Assembly (NCBI GenBank): GCA_947367055.1
Contig: CANBCI010000003.1
Coordinates: 24,175-88,174, forward strand
From: an uncultured Alphaproteobacteria bacterium
GTDB taxonomy: Bacteria > Pseudomonadota > Alphaproteobacteria > Rs-D84
Reading direction: 5' to 3'
Length of the DNA stretch: 64,000 bases
Below, piece by piece: positions 1 through 11,967 of the stretch; within the stretch, counting starts at the first letter, position 1, and each line of letters opens with the position of its first letter. A program made the position numbers and the translations under genes. A model generated the notes under the pieces. That model searched no databases, was not told the origin of the DNA, and saw only the letters and a program-made list of their open reading frames with translations.

Positions 1-24
1 AAAAGGCCGAAAAACCGGCCTTGT
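1..24 (-). terminator. Rho-independent terminator for CDS 54..797
   Basis: Minus strand reads GGCCG-gttttt-CGGCC followed by TTTT, immediately downstream of the minus-strand stop. Confidence 0.5.
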
Positions 25-53
25 AGCTAAAACATATAAAAATTTATTATAAT

Positions 54-797
54 TTAATCCAAAAGATAGTCTGGAAAATCGTGAATGACACCTTTATATT
101 TGACCACTCTACTTTTGAAATACTCGAAAAAATTATTTATAATCGCATTGTTCAAACTATATTTCGAAGTACCATACCTAAAAAAATGTTCGAACATATT
201 ACGAAAATTAGAATTAGGACTACTATATAATGGCACCCTTGCACCTTTGTATTTACCTATTTCGTCTGTGGTAATATCTCGACCTGGATGATCAATAAAA
301 TATTTCAAAACGACTTCTGCCTGAGAAATATGTACCCCTTCTTTGTTATGCCGCCTAAAATCTTTAACCAAATGCTTTTGATCGTTTTTAAAAATATATA
401 ATTTACGTTCTATGATATCCAACCTGTAAGAATTTTGGCCTGGATTGCACGAAGCAGCAAATGCTTTTTTCAAATCTTCGAAATTTACGGTAACATCATA
501 TGCTTCACACGTTTTTGCATCAGTTAATATAACGGATGAATCTCCATCAGTAATTGATACTTTCGGTTCAAAACCAATGTGTTCATCATATTTGGTTTCG
601 TGTTTTTTACGAAATTCCAACCCTCTTTCAAATAATGCTTCTAAGATTTCGGCCGCCACATGTATTTGTACCATTTGGCTTTTGCCTTCTTCAGATCCAG
701 GATCATTTTTGTAAAACGGACGAAATTTACTTACTTTTTTCCCATATTCATCGGTTGGGGCAACCCCAAAAGCAATGAATTCCAATGCTTCCGTCAA
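54..797 (-). CDS. hypothetical protein (possible nuclease/HEPN-like, maybe truncated)
   Basis: 247-aa ORF in an AT-rich island. It has an R-x6-H spacing (FRRHNKEGVH) reminiscent of a HEPN motif. No confident family assignment. About 590 bp of apparently non-coding DNA lies upstream. Confidence 0.45.
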   Translation of the reverse strand: MTEALEFIAFGVAPTDEYGKKVSKFRPFYKNDPGSEEGKSQMVQIHVAAEILEALFERGLEFRKKHETKYDEHIGFEPKVSITDGDSSVILTDAKTCEAYDVTVNFEDLKKAFAASCNPGQNSYRLDIIERKLYIFKNDQKHLVKDFRRHNKEGVHISQAEVVLKYFIDHPGRDITTDEIGKYKGARVPLYSSPNSNFRNMFEHFFRYGTSKYSLNNAIINNFFEYFKSRVVKYKGVIHDFPDYLLD

Positions 798-1388
798 AGA
801 AATATTGGTTTTAAGAACAGGTCTAAATTTATCGATGTTTAAAAATGCTAACGTAGGAATTGGTGGGAAAAGGCTTTGAACATAATCTGTTGATATTTAA
901 ACATCTTTTATGATATCTCTGTTTCCATAACACATTTCTCTCATCGCACTTTGGGTGGCGACCATGTCGTTTATTGCCCTTTGACGTTTCGCAGTAGCAA
1001 TATTTATATCTTTTTTGGAAAGCTGAATGTTTACAAAGAATCTTTTCTTAAAAGTATTTGCGCAACAATCAAACATGTTATATCTCTTAATATGAACTAT
1101 TTTACACCAACATATAATAGTTGCAATTAAATTCTGTGTACTGAACGAGCATATAAAAAATTTAGATCTTCGCGCTAAGGGGCCAATTAGTGTTTTTGTT
1201 TTTTGGGATATCGGAATTTATCTAAGGCACCTTAGGGTTCATTGCCTACCGAAATCATAAAACAACTCCTAGGGCTCCCCACCCGTCCACCACCAACCAC
1301 ACGACCAAGGGGTAAAATGTAGTATTTCTATCTTGAAAAATCTGTTTTTTTACCTATATACATACCGACAATAAAAAAAGGAAAAAAC

Positions 1389-2555
1389 ATGGACATATCA
1401 AATATTTACAATTTATCAGAAGAACTATTTGAAAAATACCAGGAAAATCCATTTCCAGATGATGAAATTCGCCCCGGTTTGCAAGAATTTGCTAAAAAAT
1501 TCAAGGAAGAAATAGCTGCTTTGCCAACACCATATGTTATGGCACTGGAAGGGGGCTATGGAACAGGAAAGACATATTTTATAACCAGGTTCTGCGAATA
1601 TCTAAAAAATATTAATTCTGAAGACGATGAATCTATTTTTTCAATATACTTAAATCTGTGGGAACATGATTATGTCGCAGATCCGTTCCCTGTAATTGCT
1701 TCACAAATAATATCAACATTGAATCCCGGCAAGGATTTACAAGATTCTGTAAAAGAAAAAGCAGTTAAAGTTACTAAAAACTTGATAAAATTGGGTGCAA
1801 AAATGTTCGGAAATTTAGATATTAGTGAATTGCTCCCTGATTTAGAACAAGACAAAAAAGACTTATCAGAATTCAAACAAGAAATACAAAGAATCATCGC
1901 TGAAAAAGGTAAAAAAGTTGTATTGGTGGTTGATGAACTAGATCGTTGCAAACCTGATTATGCGGTAAAAACATTGGAAACGATCAAACATTTTTTTGAT
2001 ATTGATGGCTTATTTGTAATCTTAACCACCAAATTAGATTTTATGGATAATATCTGTGAAGCGTATTATGGTCATCCGAATTGTGAAATCAATATGGGTG
2101 AAGGGTATATTCAAAAATTTGTTCAATCTAAGAAAATATTAAACCCAACTTCGACAGAAGATTATTTGTTCATAATAAACGGTATTTTAAACAAAGATAC
2201 TTTACCAGTTAGAATGCCTAATTTTGGACAAGTATTAGAAAGAGATTGTAGAGAAAATTTATCTGCGATAGATGCCTTTAAGAACAATATGGCAGAGCTA
2301 TTTAATTCTGCACAATTTTCAATCAGAAAAACAATAGATGTCTGCAAAGAAGTTTTAAATCTTATCAAAAGTCATAAAGAAGAAATTTGGGAAAGAAAAT
2401 TATATAAATACCCTGAATTCATTATTTCTAGGTATTTAAAAGTAAAACACATATTACCTGATAAAATATCTGATCCAGAAGTTAGATACGAGTACCCAGA
2501 TCAATCTGAATACATCAATAGAGGTGTGGATAACGTGCTTAAAAAATTATTGTGA
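1389..2555 (+). CDS. KAP family P-loop NTPase
   Basis: Walker A GGYGTGKTYF, and VVLVVDELDRCKPDYAVKTLETIKHFF, which matches the KAP NTPase Walker B and signature region. The RBS AAAAGGAAAAAACATG is present. No TM insert is evident. Confidence 0.8.
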   Translation: MDISNIYNLSEELFEKYQENPFPDDEIRPGLQEFAKKFKEEIAALPTPYVMALEGGYGTGKTYFITRFCEYLKNINSEDDESIFSIYLNLWEHDYVADPFPVIASQIISTLNPGKDLQDSVKEKAVKVTKNLIKLGAKMFGNLDISELLPDLEQDKKDLSEFKQEIQRIIAEKGKKVVLVVDELDRCKPDYAVKTLETIKHFFDIDGLFVILTTKLDFMDNICEAYYGHPNCEINMGEGYIQKFVQSKKILNPTSTEDYLFIINGILNKDTLPVRMPNFGQVLERDCRENLSAIDAFKNNMAELFNSAQFSIRKTIDVCKEVLNLIKSHKEEIWERKLYKYPEFIISRYLKVKHILPDKISDPEVRYEYPDQSEYINRGVDNVLKKLL

Positions 2556-2656
2556 ACCATAAGGCGTATTCAGCCAATTATTCAAAAATATCTCACATGT
2601 TTTATCCAAACTAGTAAAATCATTAGGATTTTCAACTCGATACAAGTGAGTTATCT

Positions 2657-2698
2657 CGAGCCAAGTTTTACAAACCGCTCCACCGGGGCGGTTTTTTG
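2657..2698. repeat. Direct repeat copy 1 (cgagccaagtttta[c/t]aaaccgc...cggggcg.tttt)
   Basis: About 40 nt that is roughly 85% identical to 4869..4908. Both copies include a terminator hairpin. Confidence 0.6.
2675..2698 (+). terminator. Rho-independent terminator after KAP NTPase
   Basis: CCGCTCC-acc-GGGGCGG hairpin followed by TTTTTTG. Confidence 0.55.
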
Positions 2699-2848
2699 TT
2701 GGGTTTCCAATACCTGCGCCCGGTTCGATAATTTGTGAATTAAAATCGCAAAATTTACCGAATTATCGAATAAGTTTTATAAAACAACTTGAACTAAATC
2801 ACAAAAAATTTTACCATTATTCCTAATATTAGAGGTAAAATTAACACT

Positions 2849-4108
2849 ATGGCTTTGTATAGATTTATATTAGATTACCAAAAATATACAAATTTTCATG
2901 AAACATATGGAAAATATGTTCGCACCCATTTTCATCCCGACAATGTTGTAACTATTGATACTACAAGTCAACAAAGTTCTCATAGCTCTCCTTTGTTTAG
3001 TAACAAAACGCCTGCATTCAAACTGCGTCCATTGACACCAGATTTTGTGGTTGATGAATTTATTACAAAATGCTGGATTGCATATATAATAAAAAATGAA
3101 CAAAAATATAAGTTTTGGCTGCCTATGGCAAAATTTATAGGAATTGTGGCTCTAATTTTTTATGCCGTATCATTTATCTGGCTAACTGACACAAAAGGAA
3201 ATTCTTTTTCTGAACTGTGGTATATATTAGCTTGCATAATAGGTATAGTGACACTGCTTATATGTGGTGTGGCTTGTACAATGGACGATAATTCAGTAAG
3301 GCTATCTGACGGAGAAAAAATACAACTTATTCGTTCCCGTACGCGTTACCCCTCAAACATATCTCAAGTTTTAAAAAATTTAAATTCTTCTTATCCACAA
3401 AATTCTCATAGTTTATATACAAACGCTAAAAAAACTGAAATAACAGACACAGAAATGACTGCAATGTTAAGGAAACTTAAAGAACATCATATTGATGGGA
3501 AAACTTTGGCAAATTATAAAGATGAAGAAAGAGAAAAATTGTTCATAGAACATTTCAGTGATGAAGAAAAAGGAAAAATTGCAAATGATAGATTTAATCA
3601 CAAATATATTTATCCTGCACGAAAAGATGTCTTAAACAAACTAATCAACGAAAGCGAATTTGAAGATAATTCAATAAAAACAAACCTGTTGGACAAAGTA
3701 AAATCGTTTGACGGTGCAATTTCAAAGGGCGAATTTGAAAGCATTGTTGACGAGATTATGGCTTTCAAAGAAAAGAAAAAGCGGATAGACAACCACGTTA
3801 AATATGAAGGACGTCTGAGCAACAAAGATATACAAACCATAAAAGAACACTTAGGATACGTGTGTATGGCTTGTGGGTTAGACCCAATTGAAGAATATGG
3901 CGAAAATATGAAGGGCATAATGGAAGCCCACCATAAAAAGCCCTATGCTGATATACAAGAAGGAGAAAGCCGAACTGTAGAACCTGATGATTTCCTTATT
4001 CTGTGCCCAAATTGCCACCGTTTAATACATAAACTAGGCTCGCCCGATGATTTGGATGGATTGAAAGAATTAGTCAACAAACCAACACGGTCTGCGTGGT
4101 GGGATTAG
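2849..4108 (+). CDS. membrane-anchored HNH endonuclease
   Basis: Two hydrophobic helices (FIGIVALIFYAVSFIWL and LWYILACIIGIVTLLICGVACTM). The C-terminal HNH motif is CMACG...EAHHKKP...N...LCPNCHRLIH. Confidence 0.8.
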   Translation: MALYRFILDYQKYTNFHETYGKYVRTHFHPDNVVTIDTTSQQSSHSSPLFSNKTPAFKLRPLTPDFVVDEFITKCWIAYIIKNEQKYKFWLPMAKFIGIVALIFYAVSFIWLTDTKGNSFSELWYILACIIGIVTLLICGVACTMDDNSVRLSDGEKIQLIRSRTRYPSNISQVLKNLNSSYPQNSHSLYTNAKKTEITDTEMTAMLRKLKEHHIDGKTLANYKDEEREKLFIEHFSDEEKGKIANDRFNHKYIYPARKDVLNKLINESEFEDNSIKTNLLDKVKSFDGAISKGEFESIVDEIMAFKEKKKRIDNHVKYEGRLSNKDIQTIKEHLGYVCMACGLDPIEEYGENMKGIMEAHHKKPYADIQEGESRTVEPDDFLILCPNCHRLIHKLGSPDDLDGLKELVNKPTRSAWWD

Positions 4109-4122
4109 GAAAGAGGTAAAAA

Positions 4123-4782
4123 ATGGTACTTGGAAGTGTCGCTGACATTATAACTGCACTTGGAACTGCCATAATGGCAGCGGTAGCAATTTTTGCCTTA
4201 CGTACTTGGCGGAAAGAATTTGTCGGGAAAAAGAAAATAGAACTAGCAGCACAAATTATGCAGTATGTATACGACATTCAAGATATGTTAATTGGTGTTA
4301 GATTGCCAACAATAGCCAAGACTGAATTAGACGATGCTTATGAATGGATAAAAAGAGAAACAGAACTGCATCCTGGTAACGCTGAAGTATATCCAGAAAG
4401 AGTTAAATATCTAGTTCCCCATAGGAGATTAAGTAAAAAACAAGAAATCATTAATAAATTTCGAAGATTACAGAATCCGGCATATATGTATTGGGGTAAA
4501 GAAATGATAGTGGCATTTGTCAAATTGACCGCTTACAACTTAAAAATTATGCAGGCATCTAAGCAATTATACTACGGTGAAGACACCCCAGAATACAAAC
4601 CATTATATGACATTATATTTTATGAAATTAAAGATAATAAAATGGACCCTAACGATAAAATCAATGCGGAAATCGACACAATTGTTGAAGAATTTAGAAT
4701 AAATTTAGAGCCACTTTATAAAGACAAAAAAACATCATGGAAAGCATTAGATTCAACGGGGAAAAAACAAACTGTCCAATAA
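4123..4782 (+). CDS. N-terminally membrane-anchored hypothetical protein
   Basis: N-terminal TM helix MVLGSVADIITALGTAIMAAVAIFAL. RBS GGAAAGAGGT is 15 nt after the HNH stop, suggesting a likely operon with the HNH gene. Confidence 0.6.
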   Translation: MVLGSVADIITALGTAIMAAVAIFALRTWRKEFVGKKKIELAAQIMQYVYDIQDMLIGVRLPTIAKTELDDAYEWIKRETELHPGNAEVYPERVKYLVPHRRLSKKQEIINKFRRLQNPAYMYWGKEMIVAFVKLTAYNLKIMQASKQLYYGEDTPEYKPLYDIIFYEIKDNKMDPNDKINAEIDTIVEEFRINLEPLYKDKKTSWKALDSTGKKQTVQ

Positions 4783-4868
4783 ATGTTATTCGCTTATATC
4801 AACGCAAATCGTACTATATAAATTTGAAAACAATTCATTAAGTTCCACTCGATAACCGCAAGATTCCC

Positions 4869-4908
4869 CGAGCCAAGTTTTATAAACCGCCCCATCGGGG
4901 CGATTTTG
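4869..4908. repeat. Direct repeat copy 2
   Basis: Matches 2657..2698. Confidence 0.6.
4885..4908 (+). terminator. Rho-independent terminator after HNH/TM operon
   Basis: GCCCC-atc-GGGGC hairpin followed by a T-run. Confidence 0.55.
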
Positions 4909-5041
4909 GTTGGTCGTGCGCATATTTTTTTGCGATATGCCGCAAAATTCGATCGCATCAATATTCTATTGATTTTTGCCATATTATCTGGGAAAATTTT
5001 GTTGCACAGGGTCAAAAATATATTCTGGAAAGGATTTGTAT

Positions 5042-5581
5042 ATGGCACACATCATCGCTGGATTTGGGGGCATCGGAAAAACAACATTGGCCAAAAAATA
5101 TAAAAACGTGGTGGATTTGGAATCCACGCCCTATAAATACATATTTCCAGATTATGACAACCTGGACACCAACACCAAAGAAGCTATTAAAGGCAAAGGT
5201 GCAATCAAAAAAGTTCTCAATCCGGATTTTCCAAACAATTATATCGCGGCAATCAAAGAAAACATGGACAAATACGATTACATCCTGGTTTGGTGTCACC
5301 CGGATGAGGCTCTGCCCCACTTGGATGCGGCGGGTATTGACTATGAACTATTCCTGCCGACACGCGACGCGTTGGATGAATATCGCCAGCGTTTCATAAA
5401 CCGCGGCAATTGTCCCGAATATGTAAACCGTGTCAGCAGCAAAGAAGATTATGATATGCGCCTGCCTCAATTTATGGCGACTGGAAAACCCATTGTGTTT
5501 CTGGGACCAGGCGAAACACTAACCAGCCACTTGCAAAACAATCCAGCATATGCCACGTTGATACCGCGCAACGGCATGTAA
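5042..5581 (+). CDS. small P-loop NTPase / kinase-like protein
   Basis: Walker A AGFGGIGKTT. ATG start with AAAGGA RBS. About 180 aa. Confidence 0.6.
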   Translation: MAHIIAGFGGIGKTTLAKKYKNVVDLESTPYKYIFPDYDNLDTNTKEAIKGKGAIKKVLNPDFPNNYIAAIKENMDKYDYILVWCHPDEALPHLDAAGIDYELFLPTRDALDEYRQRFINRGNCPEYVNRVSSKEDYDMRLPQFMATGKPIVFLGPGETLTSHLQNNPAYATLIPRNGM

Positions 5582-5603
5582 AAAGAGAAATAAAGGCGGC
5601 AGA

Positions 5604-5843
5604 ATGAAATACACAAACGGCGCGGGCACTTTTACCACAAGTCAGATGAGCATCGATGAAACCATACAAGAAACAATTGATGTCATTGATATTGCAATTG
5701 CAGTACTGAATAATGACGCCGACATACCGCACGCGTTAATCAATCTAAACGCGGCACAGACATATTTGGAACACATACGAAAAAAGTCGCAAATCGCCCT
5801 TGCCCATGTTCCGACAGAAATTCAAAACAAAGAATATTTATAG
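5604..5843 (+). CDS. hypothetical protein
   Basis: 79-aa ORF with RBS AGGCGG, followed by a terminator. Confidence 0.4.
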   Translation: MKYTNGAGTFTTSQMSIDETIQETIDVIDIAIAVLNNDADIPHALINLNAAQTYLEHIRKKSQIALAHVPTEIQNKEYL

Positions 5844-5855
5844 GCCAAAAACACA

Positions 5856-5884
5856 TAAAAAACCGGTTTTATAACCGGTTTTTC
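5856..5884. terminator. bidirectional terminator
   Basis: AAAAACCGGTTTT-ataa-CCGGTTTTT palindromic hairpins between convergent genes. Confidence 0.5.
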
Positions 5885-5911
5885 TATACCCATATATGAC
5901 AGAGCGTATTA

Positions 5912-6172
5912 TTATGCACGCCCCTGGTTAGCATTTGATGTATGTTTCGCAATATATTTGCGGGCCGCCTCTGACTTTGCCCAATAATACTGCAGTTCCT
6001 TTATTTTTTCTTCTTTTTTTGAATCATTTGATTTTCTGTATATTTCCAATCCATGCTTATAATAATTTTCAGACATCAACCAACTGCGCGCATCTTTTAA
6101 CGAGCTGAATGTGTGTCCATCCACGGTTTCCGTAATACAATGGCCACAATTGGAATAAATAACTTTTTTCAT
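5912..6172 (-). CDS. hypothetical protein
   Basis: ORF beginning MKKVIYSNCGHCI with an AAGGTG RBS. No recognisable domain. Confidence 0.4.
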   Translation of the reverse strand: MKKVIYSNCGHCITETVDGHTFSSLKDARSWLMSENYYKHGLEIYRKSNDSKKEEKIKELQYYWAKSEAARKYIAKHTSNANQGRA

Positions 6173-6241
6173 GTTTTTCACCTTTTTTGCTGTTTTAATT
6201 AAAAATATCACAAAAGTATTATTTTGTCAATAATTAGTTTT

Positions 6242-6844
6242 TTATAATCCGAACTTATACACCGCGCCAAGATATACCTGCGTTGCGTCAACATCGGTCG
6301 AACCATTATCATGGTCAACCTGGCCGAAATAAACGTACTTAAATCCCAAATCCAAATCAATGCGCGCGTTCAGGCGAAACAATACGCCAACCATCACCTG
6401 GCCGGATAAATCAAAGGCATTATCAAGATGTCCGGCCACTTCGCCCCATATACCGGAAAGCCCGACACCACCGCCCACATACGGTGCAAACGCATTGTCA
6501 AATTCGTACAACGCATAAACGTTCAGCATGTTCGCCCATATATCATATTCAAAATTAGTGTCATCTTTACTATACTGGGCCCCCATGTACAGTGTTTCAT
6601 ATTCCACCCGCAAATAATCCGTCAGGTTATTTCCCATTGTCGTGCCAAACCCCAGTCCGTTATCCAGATATTTCTGGCGCCAACCGGCATCATTTTTATA
6701 TGAATACGAACTGTGCTGATTCACATACAGGCGCACGCCCGCATAACTGTCGCGCGACGTGTTTCGGCAATCACATACCGGGCATTCATGCGCGCCCGCC
6801 GCGCCGCTTATCAAAACAAACAAAACAATAACTAACTTTTTCAT
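6242..6844 (-). CDS. outer-membrane beta-barrel protein (OmpA/OmpW-like porin family)
   Basis: Signal peptide MKKLVIVLFVLISGAAGA, alternating aromatic beta-strand pattern, C-terminal ...AVYKFGL. Confidence 0.7.
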   Translation of the reverse strand: MKKLVIVLFVLISGAAGAHECPVCDCRNTSRDSYAGVRLYVNQHSSYSYKNDAGWRQKYLDNGLGFGTTMGNNLTDYLRVEYETLYMGAQYSKDDTNFEYDIWANMLNVYALYEFDNAFAPYVGGGVGLSGIWGEVAGHLDNAFDLSGQVMVGVLFRLNARIDLDLGFKYVYFGQVDHDNGSTDVDATQVYLGAVYKFGL

Positions 6845-6984
6845 CCCGTTCCCCTGGGGGGTATTACCACTAAATGATTACAGAAAACCCCGTAAACACA
6901 ATATGATTATTATCCGCATGCGGACACCTGGGACAAAATAATTCGCTTTATTTCCTGTATTTTTATTTGTACAATATAAAAGCT

Positions 6985-8346
6985 ATGAAAAAAATCGAGA
7001 TTCCAGAAAGTATAAAAATTGAAGGCGGACACAAGCTGCGCGATGGCGCGTTTGTAAAAATCAGCGGTGCCAAGAACGAGGTTTTGGGCGCCATGTGTGC
7101 GGCCGTTTTAACCGACAAACCGGTAAAATTTACAAATGTCCCATATATAACGGACGTTATGGATTTAATTGATATAATGCAGGACATTGGCATCCGCACC
7201 CGGTATCAGCCAAATAAAAAAACGCTTGATATTCATGCGCAGCGAATAGAATCAAATGAACTGAACGAATCCGCATTAAAATTTCGGGCGTCATATTATA
7301 TATGGGGCGCCCTGTTGGGGCGATTTGCCAAAACGGGCGAATTTAATTCATTAAAAATCAAGGTTCCCGGCGGATGCGCCGGATTCGGCACAAACGGCAC
7401 GCGTCCGTTCGATTTTCATATAAACCTGCTGGAAAATGTGTTCGGCGCCACACTGCATGACACGGGCAAGAATCTGGAATTCATATTGCCCAAATCATTT
7501 GACGCAGGCGCCGAACCGATTTATTCCACAACGCGCGTTTCACACGGGGCAACATTTCATTGGATGCTGTCGGTGGCCCTGTCCCCGCATCTGAAGATGA
7601 TGTTTAATTCATCCCTGGAACCAGAGGTATCGCACCTGTTAAGTATTTTGAATAAAATGGGGGCAAATATCCGCGGCACAAATTCAGAGGCGATAACCAA
7701 CCTGGGCAATGCGGGCTTTCTGTTAAACGGCGGGGAATTTGAAATCATGCCGGACAGATTGGAAACCGGTTTTTATGCGCAATTGGCAATGGCGACAAAA
7801 TCAAAAATAAGCCTGATTGGAACCGATGCACCGTCATGCCGGCCATGGTTAAACACAATGATTGAAATCGCCGGAAAATCAAAGTGCAAAATCGGCAAAA
7901 GATCAATGGAATTTGATTTTCATAATTTACGCGATTTTACGGGTCGCAACATGATTATTTCCCCTATCCCGGGCAAGGGAACAGATATGCACCAAACATG
8001 GGCACCAGTATTGTCCATGGCGACCAGTCAATCAAAAATATACGATCCGATATACGAAAACCGCACGCGGCATTTGCCGGAACTGGCTAAATTTGGGTTG
8101 GATTCATCGTGCCGGGTGTTTGACATAAAAAATTCTGTCGCGCCAAAGTCCAGCGAGATTATAATAAACCCGTCCATATTGCGGCCTGCGGTTGCCCATG
8201 GCATGGACTTGCGCGGGACCGCGGCACTGATTATCGCGGCGGCAATGGCAAATGGTGAAAGCACACTGTATGACATCGGATATGCCCTGCGCGGATACCC
8301 GAATTTGATTCAGAATCTAAAAAATATTGGCATTCATGTGAAATAA
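6985..8346 (+). CDS. UDP-N-acetylglucosamine 1-carboxyvinyltransferase-like (EPT family, divergent MurA)
   Basis: KISGAKNEVL and the PGGCAG active-site Cys region resemble MurA ISGAKNAALP and PGGCxIG. Length is MurA-like, with an insertion after the Cys loop. Confidence 0.6.
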   Translation: MKKIEIPESIKIEGGHKLRDGAFVKISGAKNEVLGAMCAAVLTDKPVKFTNVPYITDVMDLIDIMQDIGIRTRYQPNKKTLDIHAQRIESNELNESALKFRASYYIWGALLGRFAKTGEFNSLKIKVPGGCAGFGTNGTRPFDFHINLLENVFGATLHDTGKNLEFILPKSFDAGAEPIYSTTRVSHGATFHWMLSVALSPHLKMMFNSSLEPEVSHLLSILNKMGANIRGTNSEAITNLGNAGFLLNGGEFEIMPDRLETGFYAQLAMATKSKISLIGTDAPSCRPWLNTMIEIAGKSKCKIGKRSMEFDFHNLRDFTGRNMIISPIPGKGTDMHQTWAPVLSMATSQSKIYDPIYENRTRHLPELAKFGLDSSCRVFDIKNSVAPKSSEIIINPSILRPAVAHGMDLRGTAALIIAAAMANGESTLYDIGYALRGYPNLIQNLKNIGIHVK

Positions 8347-8463
8347 AATTGGAATATCGTCCTATGGAAAATCACGACATATAGGGTAGACTAAATAACG
8401 GCTTACCAGAAAGGGCGAAGAGGCATCACCGAGAGAGTCGCCCACATATTCAAATTTCCACAA

Positions 8464-8829
8464 TTAAATACATGTATATTCATAAGAACGCGGCATCTTG
8501 TACATGTTTTGTGTCACCGCGTCAACGAATATAGGCAACACGCCAAATAATCCGCCCGGAATTATATCCAAAAATACGGCGGCCCCGTTCAATACAGGCT
8601 GAATAGTTGGCGCACCACATTCCGCGTTCTTGCTTTCAATCAATATTTCACCCTTTGAGGTTAGGGTTCTTTCCTCGCCCGGGCGTATTTTATACATTCC
8701 CATGGTGCCGGATGCGGTTATAATATCATCTGAATTATTGCGTATTGTAATGTCCCGATTTCGACCGATTCCCATCGCCCCGCATGATGCAAGAAACAAA
8801 ACAGAACAAATTAAAATAATATTTTTCAT
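8464..8829 (-). CDS. lipoprotein, hypothetical
   Basis: Signal peptide with lipobox LASC. Confidence 0.55.
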   Translation of the reverse strand: MKNIILICSVLFLASCGAMGIGRNRDITIRNNSDDIITASGTMGMYKIRPGEERTLTSKGEILIESKNAECGAPTIQPVLNGAAVFLDIIPGGLFGVLPIFVDAVTQNMYKMPRSYEYTCI

Positions 8830-8913
8830 GCGCGCCCTTTTCTTTTATACGGGATTATAATCCCATATAATATTCATATCAAGCGCCATATTTCCATTGT
8901 ATTAGATTTTTAG

Positions 8914-11900
<2,987 letters not shown>

Positions 11901-11967
11901 GTTTGATATTATATCACAAATTATCACATTAAAAAAACATAAAAAAACGGGACATTGCCCCGCTTTT

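Noticed and set aside
5012-5399. Overlapping 102-aa and 111-aa ORFs
   Set aside because: They overlap the P-loop NTPase gene in other frames or on the other strand.
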